A stretch of 56,783 bases of DNA, from the IMG/VR virus record IMGVR_UViG_3300036833_000338, positions 1 through 56,783 of that record. One strand, written 5' to 3'. Position numbers and translations under genes: made by a program. The stretch is from a virus. Taxonomy: Duplodnaviria; Caudoviricetes. Below, piece by piece: positions 54,991 through 56,783 of the stretch (position 1 is its first letter; each line of letters begins with the position of its first letter). Under the pieces are notes generated by a model, which was not told the origin of the DNA, searched no databases, and saw only the letters and a list, made by a program, of their open reading frames with translations.

Positions 54991-55578
54991 CTAAGGGCGC
55001 GGTGCGGCCGATGGTGTTGGCGTGCCGGGGTGAGACTTTGACGGCACAATGGCCATCGCCCAGCCGCCTGTGGGGGTCCAATATGCGATTACGTCCCATC
55101 TCTCCATGATTTCCGGTGGCTTGGGCGGGCTGCCATCAGTCGGTGGATCTGGAAGTATTATTGGGTGGACAGGAAGCGGCGGCCAAATAGTTGTTGGTGG
55201 CGGCACAATAATTGGATGTTCAGGTTTGGCATTTGGCGGCCACACATCAACATCGGGCGGGACCACGATCGGATGACTAGGCCCGCCACCGGGCGAAATT
55301 GGATGTTCAGGCCGTCCTGGACTTGGCCAGATACCTACCGGCGGCATCGGTGGACTTGGAATTACAATGGGGTGACTTGGGCTGACAGGAAATCCCGGCG
55401 GAATCACGATCGGAAACGTTGGAAAGCCTGGGCCTTGTGATGGGCCGCCGCCTGGCGAAATGGGGTGGGCCGGGTGCCCGGGAGAAGGCCAGATCCCCGG
55501 CGGCGGCCCGGCGATCGGGTGTTCTGGTGTGCCGCCAGTCTGCAACGGCACGATGTAGGCGAGGATCGGATCTGGCAT
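54991..55578 (-). CDS. Proline-rich repeat protein
   Basis: Repeated PxHPI and (I/V)WP units; AAAGGAG RBS. Confidence 0.7.
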   Translation of the reverse strand: MPDPILAYIVPLQTGGTPEHPIAGPPPGIWPSPGHPAHPISPGGGPSQGPGFPTFPIVIPPGFPVSPSHPIVIPSPPMPPVGIWPSPGRPEHPISPGGGPSHPIVVPPDVDVWPPNAKPEHPIIVPPPTTIWPPLPVHPIILPDPPTDGSPPKPPEIMERWDVIAYWTPTGGWAMAIVPSKSHPGTPTPSAAPRP

Positions 55579-55658
55579 GCGTAAGCGCTCCTTTTCGAGG
55601 ATTGGGATTTTGCCGAAAATCCTGTAGACCCAATTAAACCACAGGATTATTACATATC

Positions 55659-55771
55659 GGGTGACGCGGTGTTCGACGCACCGCGCCGCCCTTGACAGGA
55701 CCGATCGTACAGGGGATCAGCCCATGCCCGACACGACCTTATCCCAAACTCCCGGCGAGCTGGTTCATTAA
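55659..55771 (+). promoter_or_regulatory. Two-hairpin leader, family 1 copy C, with 15-codon leader ORF (55724-55771)
   Basis: GGGTGACGCGGTG-loop-CACCGCGCCGCCC, TTGACA, GATC-GTACAGGG-GATC, ATGCCCGAC. Confidence 0.7.
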
Positions 55772-55787
55772 AGGATAGGATCGCCGC

Positions 55788-56273
55788 ATGACGATGCCCC
55801 CGGTTCATCCTATCGCCGATATCTGGCCCCTGATGAGCGAGGTCGACCTCGGCAAGCTCGCCGCCGATATCGCCGCCTATGGCCAGCGCCTGCCGATTAC
55901 TCAAGTCGATGGCGAGATCATCGATGGTCGCAACCGCTGGCTAGCGTGTGAGCAGGCCGGTGTTGAGCCATGGGTCGAGGATGTCGAGACTGATGACATT
56001 GAGGCCCTCGCCTGGTCGCTCAACGAACATCGCCGACATGCCAATGAGGGTGTGCGCGCCATGGCGGCGGCGCGGTATGCGAACATGCGACAGGGCGCTC
56101 GAACCGACCTCGGATCAATTGATACTAAGTCCCTGCAGCAAGCCGCCGTGCGACTGCACTACAGAGGCTTTACCAATTGTGCCGCCGCTTGCGTGGCTCA
56201 TCGGGTGAGACGCCGCGCACGATCTTATTGCGACACGGCTTTGATCCTGGCAACGACTGAGATTCTGCAGTAA
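55788..56273 (+). CDS. ParB-N-like protein, possibly truncated
   Basis: HPIADIWPLMS...LAADIAAYGQRLPI...IIDGRNRWLAC...SLNEHRRH. Confidence 0.75.
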   Translation: MTMPPVHPIADIWPLMSEVDLGKLAADIAAYGQRLPITQVDGEIIDGRNRWLACEQAGVEPWVEDVETDDIEALAWSLNEHRRHANEGVRAMAAARYANMRQGARTDLGSIDTKSLQQAAVRLHYRGFTNCAAACVAHRVRRRARSYCDTALILATTEILQ

Positions 56274-56374
56274 TGCTCGGTCGTCACGGCGGGGCCGAGG
56301 TGTTGATCGTGGCCGAGCAATCGAGTCGGCCAACAAGGTAGGACGCAAGCAGCATCAGGGTGGGGCCGTGACAC

Positions 56375-56617
56375 TCAAGGCTGTCCCTTGTCGCACGCAT
56401 CGACGGCGCCGACGACGTCCTCATCGGCTTCACGCACCGCGAATGTTTTACCGGTGACCGTGTAGATCACCGCATGCGTACCCTTCGACAGATGGTTCAC
56501 GTGCTCAGCGGGTATCGGTTTGACCACGGTGATCGCCGCGGACTTGATCCATATCAGACTGCCGTCGGACGAGTGGAATAGGATCAAGCAACAGACCACA
56601 GGTAAAGCCCGGATCAC
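56375..56617 (-). CDS. Hypothetical protein
   Basis: 80-aa ORF with GGAG-like upstream context. Confidence 0.5.
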   Translation of the reverse strand: MIRALPVVCCLILFHSSDGSLIWIKSAAITVVKPIPAEHVNHLSKGTHAVIYTVTGKTFAVREADEDVVGAVDACDKGQP

Positions 56618-56783
56618 ATGGCACCGCTCAGGTTATTTCCGGAGCCTGGCGGATCGCCAGCCCGAAGTCGGCGATGACCCGGTCGGCGATCGTCCACGAG
56701 AAACCGTCGAGTTTCTCTTTCAACGTGCGATACTGTTCCTCGGTGAAGGTGACTTCATCGGTTTTCGCCTTGATTGCCGCTTC

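Larger units (their letters stand above)
1..56783. mobile_element. Tailed (myovirus-like) phage or prophage genome segment, probable alphaproteobacterial host
   Basis: Colinear terminase-portal-MuF-protease-capsid-neck-sheath-tube-chaperone-tape measure module, plus RecT, helicase, MTase and many small ORFs; no host housekeeping genes. Confidence 0.95.

Overview
A 56.8-kb stretch of a tailed phage or prophage with a contractile tail (Bcep781-like module: DUF1073 portal, MuF, DUF2213 protease, DUF2184 capsid, DUF4054, DUF3383 sheath, DUF3277 tube). GapR-, SciP- and PEP-CTERM-like genes point to an alphaproteobacterial host. The morphogenesis operon runs on the minus strand from terminase (33.6 kb) to a tape measure gene cut by the window edge. 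Positions 34-57 kb hold early, DNA-modification, replication and recombination genes. No complete integrase, tRNA, rRNA or CRISPR array was seen. Most striking features: (1) two inteins, in TerL and in the portal, lack an in-frame endonuclease but each hides a complete HNH/Zn-finger gene in the -1 frame, with its own RBS and a stop at the same block-F position; (2) three families of repeated, covarying structured leaders precede mobile or accessory genes; (3) the 1803-aa portal is fused to cargo domains; (4) a PEP-CTERM moron keeps sigma54/enhancer-like signals; (5) the C5 methyltransferase has an alternative-frame subunit. All family assignments come from motifs recognised by eye; no searches were run.
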